From the NCBI RefSeq assembly GCF_009834535.1, contig NC_045707.1, forward strand, positions 63,056,001 through 63,120,000: DNA of 64,000 bases, given 5' to 3'. Below are positions 25,751-40,100 of the stretch, in pieces. The translations under genes and the position numbers were made by a program. The notes under the pieces were generated by a model that saw only the letters and a list, made by a program, of their open reading frames with translations, made no database searches and had not been told where the DNA came from. The stretch comes from Camelus ferus (Eukaryota). Each line of letters starts with the position of its first letter. Within the stretch, counting starts at the first letter, position 1.

Positions 25751-26934
25751 GAGCACAAACTCAAATATGCCACGTGGTCTTCCAGGATAAAAATGAAGTG
25801 AAATATGACTTCCTAGTTGATCTTCTCTTTCACCATGTGGACTATGCTTATGAGAAAAATATATACCTCGTGAGTGAAATTGATGACATGAAAACAGACA
25901 TATTGTTTTTTTTTTTAAGATAGGCTTATCCATGAGATTTGTTTTACAAATAATTTCTTATGCAAGTATCTGAAAAAAAAATTTCAAGAGCTTACCCAAG
26001 CATTATTTATTATTGTTCAGTTGCTAAAAACAGCATCAGATGATATAGGAAGGTCACCACGAAATCATTTAAACAATGAACACATTTTAAAAAGAACACA
26101 TACTGTATATACAGGAAGCCTGCATATTCCACTTTGAGTTAATTACTAGAGTTTAAAAACAGAAAACAGCCTGAAAGAACACTAGAAGAATTATCTGCAC
26201 AGCTTATTATTTCTAAGGAAAATACAATGCTTAAAGTTGGCATGAAATTCTGCTTTCTAAAGAGTGAAATTTTCCAAGGCTCTAAAGAGTCACATGGGAA
26301 TAAAAAGAATTTAAAAAAAGAATTTATGGCAGGATTTTGCAGAGTTTGAGTTTACTGACACCAGGCTATCAGATCACTTAACCTAAAGGTCCAAAAATTA
26401 GTGGTGCTTTGAAATTCCAATATGGCTGCTTTTTAGAGAAATGTGTGAATAATAGGACACTAGAAAAGAGAAAAACTTCACTCAAACCAAACCACTTAAA
26501 AATAACTAGGTATATCTACCCTTGTCTAATAGTTATGTCAAACGTTTTGCTTTTCATGTTGACTTTATTATACTGTATGTAAGTTTATCTATTTAACATA
26601 ATTTTTCATGTGATCAGGAATTCCTCATAGTTACTTTTGGATTTGTTCTAACAATATTCTGCTGGAAAGATAAGTGTAGTTCACTCTTGCTGAGTATTTT
26701 GGGTGTGTACATTTTTCACATCACAGGTAACAGAGCCATGAACATCTTTGTGTACAGTGCCTTTCCATGTTCTGAACGATTTCCTTTGGAAAACACCCAA
26801 ATCAGAATGATCACACTACTAGTTATAATACATTGTGGTCCTCTGCAAATCTGAGCTCATGTTTTCAGGTTTCATCAGTCGGCAGCTGGTCTCAGACAAA
26901 GGAAAAGAGGCTGACAGTCACTGTGGTGGCCAGC

Positions 26935-27150
26935 ACTGGGTCAGCGCTCCCTGTGCGCCAGTCCCTGCGTCATGAGCTATCCATGCATCACATTATTAAA
27001 GCCTCCTGACTATTTCTGAGGTTAGCAACGTGACTGTCCTCATTTTAAGGTCAAAACTGAGGCTCAAAAAGGTTACTGAAACTCTCCAGGGCCATACTGC
27101 ATACTGCCACTAACAGGGTGCTGTTATTTGAATTCAGCCTTCCTGCTTCA
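26935..27150 (-). mobile_element. MIR SINE
   Basis: Antisense core TGTCCTCATTTTAAGGTCAAAACTGAGGCTCAAAAAGGTTACTGAAACTCTCCAGGGCCATAC. Confidence 0.65.
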
Positions 27151-28129
27151 AACCTATATTCTCACCAATATTCCGAAAGGCCTGGCAAGTAATTTTGCAC
27201 TCTTTCTCCCACTTTCTAGTAAAAAAAATGCAAAGGATATCAAAGGGAAGGAATCTATGGGGTCCTTAGGAGGAAAACACAGCACAATAGCACATACGCT
27301 GAAGGAAAAAGTGCTTTGGTCCATGAATGTGACTTTGAAATGGGGGGGGCTTAGTGGATTCACTGTCGACATAGCTTTTAGACTTTGGTCATTTTTGGCT
27401 TTTTTGCCAAAACTACTTTCTTTGCTGCTGTTCCTCATTCCCTGCCTTCCTTCAGTTCTGTAAGTCAAGAAACACCCACAGCCCAGCTTCTGCCCTGGAG
27501 AGGCTGACTCCAGTTAGCAGCAATATACCTACCATGGAGAGCAAACATTACAACAACACTGTGCTTTCAGAAATACCGTGCATGGAGGTAAAAACAATAG
27601 AGTATTAGAATGTGGCCTAAAAAAGAAAGGGAGAGGTGATCACATAAAATTTAAATAAGAGGAAATGCTTCAAACAACAGAAAGTTATTTGCCATCTCAA
27701 TGTCTTATGGAAAAATGGAAGATTTAAAGCTATGGACTGAGAAGGAAGAATGAAGGACTCAAATAACAGCATAGGAAGCATGGCTCCTGGGGTCTGGAGA
27801 GTCCACCTCAGTTAAAAAATCTCAACAAGAAACCTCAAAATCAAGCCAATCCCACCCCCAGTTTATTCACAGAAGTATTGCTACACACATGTAATTCCTC
27901 ATGTAATTTTCTAAATGTACAGCTCAGGTCTAAATTTTAGACTGACACAAAAGGTACTCATTAAGCTGGAAGATACAGTCCAAAAAGTGGATGCATTTAA
28001 AAATAAACAAAACTTTTGAGAGTGTAATCTAGCCATGCAAAAGAGAGTGATGAGCTGGAAGGATTTTTAGAAGAGCTCCCCCAAAAGTGAAATCTAAGTG
28101 AAATCTAACAGGAATCTAACAAGAACAAA

Positions 28130-29190
28130 GTGGTAGCTATCTCATTTAATCTGGGCCCTGCTGCCAACTTGAAGCGCGAAAGCTGGCCAAAGTTAGAACA
28201 TTCTGGGTATGAGTAAGAATAAAACCTGCAATGAATTTAAATTTATCAAATGCGCTTAAATCCATAGGTCAAAATGATACTTAACTAAACGCCAAATAAA
28301 ACAATTGGTCACTACGGAGCACACTGGAGAACCGGCTCACTATTTGATGCTGAGAAATGCAGGGAGACGATCAAGCATTTATCCAACTTTTCCTTAAAAA
28401 CTGTGCCACTGGGTCACCCAACAGTAAATGAGAACAGATTTCTGTTTAAACAGCTATTTCTTTTATAAACAGAAAAGGAATGAACGAATCACCATTTTGC
28501 AAACTCTATAGTGATTTCACAGATTTAGGCACTGAAGAGCAAATGCTGCAAATATCATAAAAAGAGAGACCACACTTTACGTGTTCACACAGAGTCACCT
28601 CTCAAGATAACTTGCTAAAAGACCTTACATTAAGCCTCTAGATTTGATTTATAGGTGATAAGAGGACAGAGGAACATGTAAAAGTGCAGAGTGGGGATGC
28701 AATCGGCAAAATCCAAACTGTGGGAAATCAATCATATGAGACAAACGATCTCATTCTTCACCAAATAATTTGGAAAGAAAAATTTTTTAAAGGTGAAGAA
28801 GAAAATTGATAGTTTAAAAGAGATTTAAAAATATATATCAACCAACCACAAAGCAGTAATATTATTCGGATCATAATTCAAACTGGAAAAAATTACGGCA
28901 TTTATGAGACAATTGGAAATTTGAACACTTGCTGGGTATTTGATATTATTAAGGAAATACTAATTTTAGGTCATTATGTTTAATATCATTTTTAAAGACA
29001 TACATAGTGAAAACTATTTTGAGGAGATGACTTACTTCAAAATAGTATAAAAGGTTGGATGGGGTCATGGATAACTTAAGACAAACCATGAGTTAGTAAT
29101 GGCTGATGCAGAGCAATGAATCCAGGGGCTTCGCGCCATAGCTCTAGTAATTTATATATAAATTTGAAATTCTTCATAATAAATTGTCAA
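28130..29190 (+). mobile_element. Old L1 3'UTR (L1MC/L1ME-like)
   Basis: Motifs GGGATGCAATCGGCAAAATCCAAACTGTGGGAAA and TTTATGAGACAATTGGAAATTTGAACACT...GGTATTTGATATTATTAAGGAA, ending TTTGAAATTCTTCATAATAAA. Boundaries approximate. Confidence 0.65.
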
Positions 29191-32100
29191 AAACAAACGA
29201 AGCAGGGACTAAGTTTTATTTTTCTGTGTAACTCCAGTGTGCATCATAAAGCCTTCATATTGTATATGCTTAAAATATTTGCTGAATAGCAAACTTCAAG
29301 GAAGGCAACATTTTGCATCTTGGTTTCCTTCTTTACAAAACGAGGGCAATGGTATTTACACCCCACCCAAGAGTCACTGTGAGGGTTAAAAGATGAGGAA
29401 TGGACAAGTGTTTTGTAAACTGTCAAGTGTCCCATAAATGTGGAAAGCCTTAACGCTGAAGAGCCAGAACTTGAATTCAGCAACCACATGTTCCTCATTT
29501 GTATTCTGACCTTGATTTGTTCCTTACACAGAGCTACAAAACTCATGGATAGACCCCAGCAGATTCATTTTCCCCTTAGGGACAAAGCACCAAATGGTAG
29601 TGTAATTGCCAAGGGAAAATTATTACTCTGTTCTGAATTATTTCTGTCATAAATCCCAAACCCGTCACACAGGGTCTGTCACAAAAACGACAGGGTTGCT
29701 GTACAGTGATGAGAATCCCACATACAAGTGCCCCATAAATCCATGAGCATCACCACCCTCCAAAGTCATCCTGAATCACATGTTTAAATCAGAAGTAGGA
29801 AGCCAGGCAGTAGCATGTTGGTCAACACTTTGAACACAATGAAAATGAGGTGATTTACTCAGCCAGCAGCTAGAGAAATTTCCCGTCATCTCTCTTATGG
29901 AGACTGTACCACATGTGACAAGCATTTTGTTTGTTTTCCTTTACACGTTCTCTATTCATCAAAGGAAAAAAAAAAAAAAGCTCTTTTCATTTAGTAATGA
30001 AAGCGATCATCCACATTTCTCTTAAATTCAATCATAGCTGCTACTAGCGTGTCAAAGAAACAATTTTCAGGCAACAATAGTGAACGAGAGGAAAAGGAGA
30101 GAGGACAGATCCATCCTGGATGCCAGGTAATTTCTCCTTCTCTCATCTTAGCAAAGGGTATTCATCTTTACTTATGGAGAAATGAAATACCTAATCTAAT
30201 TCTTTGTGATTTAAAGTGATATTTTCCTGCCTCTCATAATATTATACCCTATTCCAAATTAGAGTTAAAAGCCACTCAGTGCTGTTGCAGATGAAACGTG
30301 GAAGGTAAAAAGACTTTTTATTACCGATGAGTTACAAAAAGGACTTTATTGTATAGAGAAAAGATTAATATCTTGAAAAAGATAGCTATACCCCCTTGAA
30401 ATCACCTTTTTGGGAAGGCAGGCATGTTAACAAGATGTTTGATACTCTGTTCTCGACCATAAGAATGCTAAATGATAATTTAAAGAAAGGACAAAGCTAA
30501 ACAAATTTGCTGATCCACAAAGAGTGCAAAGTCAATGGGTATAAAGAACATAAACAGTATAAACTAAAGAAACAATGCTATCAACTTATTTGAGAATTTG
30601 TACCGAAAGGAATTTTAGATTTAAGGACATTTTCGATTCTTAGAATTAAAACACACTGAAATCGGCTAACACCTATATATTATAATAAAAGAGAATTTTG
30701 CCATTTGGGACAGTAACTCGTAGAAAATTTATAAAACCTCCAGGGACAGGAAATAGGGAAGGAAGTAGCTTCCTCTACTAGTTACACAGCTCTCATATCT
30801 CAATTTTAGCTTCAACTTCCAGTGTCACAAAATTCTGAAGATATACTATTTATACAGACATACTTAATTAATCTGGATACCCAGCTCAAAAATATATGAC
30901 CTTGACCTTCCTCTGATTTTCTTTAATGCTGATGATGTTCAAATAAAACTTAGAAAAAGTAATGATAATGATGTTCTAACTCCTTAATGATAATTAGCAA
31001 TTAGAGGAGTTTAATGGTATAGATTTACTGTGTTCTAACAATGACACTCATTAATTTTAATAATAGTCCTATTGTTAAGTCCTTGCTTACTGTCTGAAAA
31101 TTTATCCCTCATTATCACTTGTAGGAAGTAATTTTTAAAAGTTGAAGCATCAGTGAAAATATAAACAATACTAAAAAAGTGCTAGCTAATTCAGAACAAG
31201 CATATATATTTATACTATTTTAAAACATTAGGGTAAAGATAAAACGTATCTTTTTCACAAAAATAATATGTGTAAAATGTCTTACATTTTACTAAAATGA
31301 TCACATGTAGTTCAACATTATTGAAATTAAAAGTGATATAAAATCATAAAACTCAAAATTTCTCTCCAGTAAGAACCACATTTATGAGAAGACAGTTCTG
31401 GAATCTTAGTTTAATTAAAGTCATTATCATTACTATTTAATGTACAATTCTAGTACAACAATAATTTTCACAAGAATTACATATTTAATATTAATAAGTC
31501 AAAATTTATGAGAAAAGACAAATTGATAAAATCTTTTAAAGAGCTTAAATAGAGTTTTAGAAAAACGAAAGAAAACTGGGATGCTCCATGTGGCTAAAGT
31601 ACTCATTAAAAACAACACTTGCTATTCTTTCCTTTCAAAAGAAACTTCATCTTAAATGATCTTAAAATAATTTTTTTCCTATGGATTTATCCATAGTTAA
31701 ATCTGTATCCACTGATTCCCTGATAAGACAAAAATGAGAAAATCATCAGACTTACACTTTCTACTAACTCTTGTCTCCTCTCTGGATTTTTACTTGTTGA
31801 ATCATTTCTACATTTTCCAGATTTAAAAATTTGCCTTCTATTTTGTAACCTGAAATTCTGTGTTTCCTTTGTTCCATGTACAAACAGATTTAAGACTTAC
31901 CATCATTACTTCGTTGTCAAAGGTTAACCTGACTACGTAAAGGATTTTGTATTCTTTCCATTGGAATAGTCTTTGCTTATAGAAATCTGAACGAGTCTGA
32001 GTTTTCCACTTTCTAAGTAACCTGGTTTTTAATTTTTAAAGCCCAAGATATTCACCAAGATACAACTTAAATGTCAATCCCTCTGTGTAAGTTTTTCCCT

Positions 32101-32219
32101 TACACACAGGGTACCCTTTCAATCTACATATTCACATCTTTATTGTAAGAAAGTTGACTCCCCCATGTCTTCATTTTTTTTTTCATTTGCTTTCTTCTTT
32201 TTCATAAATATTAGGTACA

Positions 32220-32222
<3 letters not shown>

Positions 32223-32254
<32 letters not shown>
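32223..32254 (+). repeat. (AC)16 microsatellite
   Basis: Perfect AC run. Confidence 0.95.
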
Positions 32255-32260
<6 letters not shown>

Positions 32261-33360
32261 CAACACACAAACACAATGGATATCTCTTGTTTACATTATG
32301 ATTTTCATTGTTTTCTCTATTTCATTTATCTCAATAATCTCAAGCTTATTTCCCATGTCCTTGATTCTGTTTCCCGCGTGTCTGTGTAATTGTTACTGCT
32401 TCTAAAATGGTTTGCTTTCTTGTAATGCAGATCACTTTCATTCTTTTTGTTGCCTTATCACTTTTTTTATTCTTTTGCATGTTTTCCTTAAACTCCTGCC
32501 TCAAAAGAAGCCACATTTGTTTGAACTCTTGGAAATCACATAGACTTGAATTTTTTGCTTGATGTTATAGTTCTGTCGTTATTACGATCCTTAACTATCT
32601 TTCTTATGGTATCTTTCCATCGTTCTGTGGCTTTACGGCTGGTGTACATTTAAATATCACTCATATTTGAAAGGGATATAGTCTGATGTAGTAGAAGAAG
32701 CTGTTCATAGATTGTGGCAAAAGAGCAATAATGGTGAATAGGTTGGAACAGTAGCAGTTTACACTGAATGCTACTGTTATTTCAGACCTGGTCCTAATCA
32801 AATCAGTGGTTCCATCTGTTTAGGGGCACATTTCTGCTCCATAGTCCCATTTCAGAATATGCTGAGAGCTGTGTGATTCATAGTTCAACCTTGCATATTG
32901 AAGGTTCTTCTTGTGGGCATTTAGCATTTAATTGTTTCTCTCCAGCTGTCTCAATCAATGGTTGCCAAGCGAATTGCCATATATTTATTCTCCCCACCGC
33001 ACCATTTCTGCCCCCCTGCTTCCTGCAAAAACTGGGAGTTACCATGTCTTCTCTTTCAGGCCTGAATTTCTTTCCTGGTCTTTCATGTAGAGAAAGATTC
33101 AGCAACGTAATCCATCGTGCCTACCAATTTTGTAATTCTAAATAAGGCAGTCCCTTCATTGATGCGCCTTCCATTATGGTAGTTTGTGTCCCATAGAGGT
33201 TCTGTAAATACTTGCAGCCATCTTCAGAATCCTGCTATATTTGGATCCATAATTCATTGTATTTGTCAGTCATTCTTTATTTTTCCCTTCTTTTTTTGGT
33301 CATTAGCAGCTGAATGTGGGAAAGCAGGGAATGTGTGTGTGTGTGTATATATATATATAT

Positions 33361-33994
33361 AGCCATGTGATCCAGCAATCCCACTCCTGGGCATATATCC
33401 AGGAAAGACAAAAACCCTAATTCAAAAAGATACATGGACTCCAATGTTCATAGCAGTACTATTTACAAGAGCCAAGACATGGAAAAAACCTAAGTGTCCA
33501 CCAACAGATGAATGACTAAGGAAGATGTGGAGTATATATACAATGGACTATCAGTAAGCCATAAAAAACAATGAGATAATGCCATTTTCAGCAACGTGGA
33601 TAGACCTAGAGATTATCATACTAAGTGAAATAAATCAGATAGAGAAAAATATATAGGATATCACTTATATGTGGAATCTAAAAAGTAATACAAATGAACT
33701 AATTTACAAAACAGAAACAAACTCACAGACATAAAAAACAAGCTTATGGTTACTAAAAGGGAAAGGGGGGATAAATTAGGAGCATGGGATTAGCAGATAA
33801 ACAACCACTGTGTATTAAATAGATAGACAACAAGGATTTACTGTATAGCACATGGAACTATACTCAGTATCTTATAATAACCTATAATGGAAAAGAACCT
33901 TAAAAAGAATCTGTAAAAGTACTGAATCACTTTGCTATACACCTAAAACTAACACAATATTGTAAATCAACTATAGTTCAATTTAAAAAAAAAA
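33361..33994 (+). mobile_element. L1 3' end (ORF2 C-terminus plus 3'UTR; L1MA/artiodactyl type)
   Basis: Canonical L1 text GATCCAGCAATCCCACTCCTGGGCATATATCC...AAACCTAAGTGTCCA...ATCACTTATATGTGGAATCTAAAA, ending in poly(A). Confidence 0.9.
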
Positions 33995-35554
33995 GTATCG
34001 TATTTCAAGAAAAAGAAGACATTAAAATAGTCTTTCTCTCCTTTTACCTCCTCAGTTGACGCATGCAGATTAAGGAGAAATAGCACACTAGATTGTGAGT
34101 TTACCATCGAAAAGTGATCGCTCCCTCCTTTAAAATATTGTGCTCTTAAACTACCTAACATTTATATTGGATGACCATTAAATCCCCTAGACCAATGAAT
34201 TACATTAGATAAAATTTTACATTAGGTAATTGTAAGATTTTAATCTCTCTAAATTCTAAGGCATTTGAGAACATTCTGTTAAATTTTGTAGTTCATATGT
34301 TTAATATATGTAGTTCACGATGCCTAATGTAATGCACTGTTAGATTCCTCATAAACATTTACTTAATGAACAAATTAAATACATGTATTTCTAACAACCA
34401 CTATTTGATTAAAAATTAATTTCGTTGTGAATGTGGTTTTTAAGAGATTTCTTGCTCTCAACATCGTGAAACTGCATTTATCCAGATATATTTTCTCCTC
34501 CTTTATCCATTTAATTATCAAAACTACTAAATTTAAGACTAATATTCAACCTTCATATTTAAAATTACATACTGTCTATTGGAAGAAGTATTCTAGATTA
34601 CAATGATATTTCTTATCAAAAGAAAGCTAAGAAAGAGTGTGTTATAGAGAAAGACTACGATGAAAACTGAGTAGACAGTTCCATCAAATGGGTTCAGATT
34701 AAAACTTGGGTATACATTTTATAATTCGGCACATTGGTAAAATCAATCCTGAATAATTTGTTTTAAATTGAGGTGAAACTAAGATTAAAAATGGCATATC
34801 CTGGATCAACTACTTTTCTAGCCCTAAATTCTCAACTCAATATAAAATGTCCCTTGAATGTCATGACAGATCCTGGGCTGTCACAAAATGTCTTATGATA
34901 ACAGAAAACATTGCTTAAGCACTTATTGGGCTGAGGGCGATGGAGAATGTTTTAATTACATGGTCTCATTTAATATTCAAAATAAAACTCTGATGTAGAT
35001 AACCCACATCTTGTAATCGAAAAAAAAAAACTAAGGATAAAAGTGAGTAACTTGCTGAAGGTTATATTTTTTGTTGTTGGAGCTAGGACTGATATTCATA
35101 TTTATTCTAGAATCAATAATTTTCACCAGTGTAATTTTCTAAACTAAACATTAGGGAAGAGGGAGTAATTATTTTTTAACTAATTATTTCTTAAACTTAT
35201 TTTGGTCTAGAAAGTAGAATATTATAAAAAGTAAAATTAATAATATCAGTTTTAAAATTAGCCATGCTAGAAAACACTCCCATATTATTCTTGAGAGAAA
35301 TCTGCCCATCTTAAATGGCAATTTGAGAATCTGTTTCAATGACTTTAGCCACAGCCTCAATAATCAAAGTTTCAAAAATATATCTTAGTAAACAACAAAT
35401 AAATAATAAAAACTGCATGCACAAATATATATTCTTTAGAATTATTCATAAGTGAAAGTTTGAAAACATCCTAAATTTCTAATAATATGAATATTTTAAG
35501 TTAGTTATGGCATATAAACTCATAAATAGAACACTAAAGAGCATTTCAAAACTA

Positions 35555-36200
35555 TTAAAATAGGGAAATAAAATGCATAAAGATTGAAAGGAAAGAAGCA
35601 AAACCATTGCTATTTCAAGATGACTTTACAATATTGGCAGAAAACCCTAAGAAAACTGTTAAAAAACTATAAGAAATAATAAGCAAACTTAAGGTTGCAG
35701 AATATAAAGTCAATATATAGAATTCTTATACTTCAATAAGACAACTCAATTTTTTAAAAAAATTGACAAAAGAAAAAAAAACTGACAAAGGAGTTGAACA
35801 GATATTTTACAAAAGAAGATCTAGAGATGACAAACAAGTGCACAAAAAGATTCTCAGCATCCTTGACCATCAGAGAAGCGCAAATTAAATCAATCATAGG
35901 AAGATACAGTCTATACACAACATAGCGGCTAATGTTAAAAAGACTGACGGCACTAAGTGTTGGTGAGGATGCAAAGCAAATGGGACTGTCACGTATGGCT
36001 TGTTGGAATGCAAAGTGGTCCAGCCACTTTGGAAAACACTGGGGTCGCATCTAATACAGTAATCTTATCAGACAACCCAGCAAGTCCACTCGTAGGTGTT
36101 TACTAAGAGAAAGGAAAACACATATCCTCACGAAGGTGCTTATGCAAGTACTCACAGCAGCATTATTCCTAACAGAAAATCTGGAAGCAACCCAAATATT
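35555..36200 (+). mobile_element. Old L1 (L1M-type) ORF2 remnants, internally deleted
   Basis: RT-region-like text (GGAAAGAAGCAAAACCATTGCTATTTCAAGATGAC...GAAAACCCTAAG...AAGGTTGCAGAATATAAAGTCAATATA) joined to ORF2 C-terminal text (TTGAACAGATATTTTACAAAAGAAGAT...AAGTGTTGGTGAGGATG...CAGCCACTTTGGAAAAC). Confidence 0.8.
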
Positions 36201-36394
36201 TAAAAGATATAAATGTCTATTTTTTCTTGCTAATACTGCTTAACGAGTAACTATTTTCCAGGAAAACATCTCTATGGTCCTGTACCTCTGGTATGTAAAC
36301 CTCTGCCACTCAGGAGGCTGCCAAGGTGCCCTGGGGCATCTCTTCCTCCTCTCCAGGCAAACAGCCATAATATAGTTCTCAACATCTCTCTAAA

Positions 36395-37110
36395 TAGAGT
36401 TTGTCTTAACTGCCCTCCAATCTGGGGTCCCTGCTTCCACCCTGGCTCCCTCATAGTATATTCTCCATAGAGCAGCCATTCTGTAAAAACGTGTCTGATC
36501 ACATCACTCTTTTGTTCAAAACCATCACAATGGCCTTCCCTCTCACTCTGAATAAAACCCCAATTTCTGCAGTAGCCTGTGGGACCTTATGTGATCAGTG
36601 CTCTGATCAGTACTCCCCCAAACCCATCTCATCTGGCAATGCCCCTTACTTGCTCCCTCACTCCATGAGAGCCATGGACACCTGTGTGCTTTTCCTCAAA
36701 CATGCCACGCACATTCTCCCTCAGGGCCTCTGCAGGTGCTGTTCCTCTGTCTGGAATGCTCTTCTCCCAGGTGGCCCCCTTATTTACCTTTTTAAGGTTA
36801 CTGCTCAAATAGCAACTGAAAAGTGAGAGCTTCCCTGACTGCCATGTTCAAAATAAACTCCTTCTCTGTGCCCTTCTTCCAACACTCCCATTCTTTTTGC
36901 TTCATTATTTATTTACTCTTAAAGTATCACCATCTGACATATTTATTTTCTTGATAATCTGACTGTAAACCACCCTCCACTTGTACTTGTAAGAGTACAA
37001 GCTCTAGGAAGCAGAGAACTTGGCTCTTTTGTTCACTGCCATTTACTCTAGTGTCTGTAACAGTGCCTGGTACACAGTAGGTGTTCATTAAATATTTGCT
37101 GAATAAACGG
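36395..37110 (+). mobile_element. L2 (L2a-like) 3' portion
   Basis: TCTGATCACATCACTCTTTTGTTCAAAACC...CTCAGGGCCTCTGCA...CTGTCTGGAATGCTCTT, ending in the L2 terminus ACAGTGCCTGGTACACAGTAGGTGTTCATTAAATATTTGCTGAATAA. Explains ORFs 36491..36826 and 36927..37148. Confidence 0.85.
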
Positions 37111-40100
37111 AATCGCCACATTGCGGACAGACCATTTGGCATCACCACTTCCGTCCCTGTCTACATACATGTTTAACCCCCCATGTATTTTCAGACGTAC
37201 AAAACTGTTACTACACAACCAGAAGATAATGCTAACTTTGCATTACAGAACTTTCCATTTGCGAATTATTCTTACTAATGAGCATCAAAAACTGAAATAA
37301 AAAAGGTCAACCCACTTAAAGCATTCTGAAGTGCTTTAAGTGCTTCTCATGTTTTTCATTCTTTTCATTTTGCTTGGGGAAAATGTTCTCATATCACTTA
37401 TCTGTTGAGAATCAGAACACACAGTTCATTTTAATGTCATGTATCTATGCTTTAGAAACTGATTAACTTTCCTGGAATGAAAAATGGATTTTGAATGATG
37501 ACATACAAACCAGGTGAATAGCTATAGAAAGACTTTCCTATGCATCTTTACAATGATAAAACACAGACTAACAAATGAAGAACATGTGTTTCTACCTTAC
37601 TCTGAACTGGGTATATCGCTGAAGTAAATAAATATTTGAAAATGTCTTCACCAAACACTTGTAACTTTCTATTGTTGCATGAGATAATTATTTAGTATGT
37701 AATTCATGTTTATAAAATATTTTTATCTCAGTAATATCTTCCTTTCACTAAGAAAATCACTTGAATTTATTTTAACTCAGCATCAGCTACGATTCTTGAA
37801 TTTGAAAAATTCTGTGCTATTTTTCTCATATGAAAAGCCAGCATGACAAAATAATCTTTCTGAGGCCAAATAGAATGCTTTCATCATGGTATGAAGTAAG
37901 TATTATGGCTGTTATCCACCTACCTTTCAATCCATGTATCCATCACCAATCCATCTGCCAACAAACTCATTAATGTTTACACTGTATACATAATCTATTG
38001 AAATACCGTACATATTACTTTCACATTTATTGAAACACAAATTTTCGTGTGGATTTCTCAATTCTTCACACTCTACGAAATAACTGATAGTCTATCAATG
38101 TCAAAATTCAACAGAATGCAGTAACATTTTAAAAATGGAAATAGGAAACTCTACGAAGGTGGAAATGTGAAACTATGGTAAGCTGGAGGGCAAGGGGCCT
38201 AACTGCTTCGCAGAGTAACTGTATTTCTGTAATAATGTTAGTCTCACTATCCGTTGAAAAAGGAGAAATAACATTTCCTTCCATAAACTCATGATCTGCC
38301 CCTAGCTTATGCAATTAGCTTCCAAATGCATCCGCGCACGGGGAATGCAAAACCAAGTAATTCTCACCTGGAGTTCTTTCTGTTTTGGCATTTCTGACAG
38401 CATTCCCAAGAACCCTCTGCTAATTTAGAGTGTGTGTAAGTTAGCATCCGCATTCAACTCTCTTATACTCAATCATTCCTCTCTCCGGGGTCTGTTAGCC
38501 TCACTTGAATTCGTCACACTTGGACAGCTCAGACTAACATCATCTTTCATATTAAAACTCTCTTTTTCTCCCTTTGGTTAGCACTACCACCTGGTGACCC
38601 GGAGAGTGGATATTGAACTTCCGTCTAATCCTCTTCTTAATTAGGTGAAGCAGCTGAAACCTGTGCCTCCCTCCCTTTGGAGGCCAAAATCAACTGCACT
38701 GCAGGCCGTTCCCAGTTTAGGAAGGAAGAACTCAATCTGCGATTCAAACGTGGTCTGACTCCACAGGGCCCTGCGCTACATCTTAGCTTTGGAGTCGGCC
38801 TGCACTTGTATCTTTCAATAACATGAAACAGGCTTTGGCGCAGTGGCAACAGGTCAGGTTTTCCTAATCTGATGTTTTCTTACATCCCAAAGAGGGACGG
38901 CCTCTTCACTGCTGCTCCATTCCACGCGAGGACGTCTGAAGCGTTCCACACAGAACAGTTCAAATTGCACACCATCAAGGGAGAACGTCTTTATTTCAAG
39001 TCCTCTCCCAAGGCTTTCAGATTGGCCACATAAAGCAGAAGTGTGTGTTATCTTGAATTAATCACTCGCCTTCACTGTACAAAATGCTGGAGCTAAATTT
39101 CCTTTCTCCTCCCTTCTTCCCCAAACGATTGTCTCTTCAGATATAAAAATGGAATTTTCTATATTTTCATGGTAAGTAGAAATGAGTGTAAAATACCTAT
39201 TTTCCATCATCTTTATTCTTGTGTCCTTATTAAGATAGCGTTGCTACCTTAGGTCAGTAACTACTGAAGGCCAAAATAGATTTTTATGAGTTCTGGGAGA
39301 AAAATATGAGCAGTTCTTTAGCACTGATTGGTTAGCATGGTGGTTAAGAAAGACTTTTATCAGAAAGGCCCCTCTGAATCTCTGTGCCAAGGTGGGAAAT
39401 ATCGTCACAAGATGACATAAAGCAGTAAGTAATCAATGTAAAACCTGCATTAATACCTATATATTCACATATTTCTCATTTTAAACATTTCCTTATAATT
39501 CATCAATAAAAATGAAAGGAGGCTTTTTTGAGAGCCAGGTTACATATACATAGTTCGTGGTGAAAATTGAGCTTTCACATTAACAGCTAAATGCCAGAGG
39601 ATTCATTTAGTTTTCCACAGATTTGAGATGACCCCAAAACTCCTTGTTTTCTTCTTTCTTATCAATGACTCCTTGCTGAAAGAATCTATTTACTTATCTT
39701 TTCTTTTCTTCCCTTCATCTTTCTAAGTCTCTGATTCCTTCAAAGAGCATCACAGAATAACCACAAAAGCTAAAGATGCCTTTTTCTCGTAATTAGCACT
39801 TGCCCCAGGTAGCTCTACTGTTCCTGCCTACCTGCATTATCAATAGATTTACAAATTATTCCAGGTTGAGATGCCAGAATAGCTTGCAAGAAAATTCTGC
39901 CAAAACTACCAAACATCATAGAATTCAAGATGCACATGCGTGCTTAATATGTGCCAGTACGGTCATTTAGACATAAAAGTGTCCCCCGACTATATGAGAA
40001 TCCTCCAGTAGCTTTCCATGCTTGGGAAGATTTCTAAGGCACCCAGATTCTGAGTTTTGTTTACAGCTATCAGATGGCATGTCTGAGATGGTAACATGCT

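Noticed and set aside
27128..27468. Pair of overlapping opposite-strand ORFs (111 and 104 aa)
   Set aside because: No recognisable protein, partly overlaps a MIR, and has no matching exon structure.
28087..28125. Short tandem units (GTGAAATCTAA)x2 plus degenerate copies, superficially array-like
   Set aside because: No spacers and only 2-4 decaying units. A simple slippage repeat in a eukaryotic intron, not CRISPR-like.
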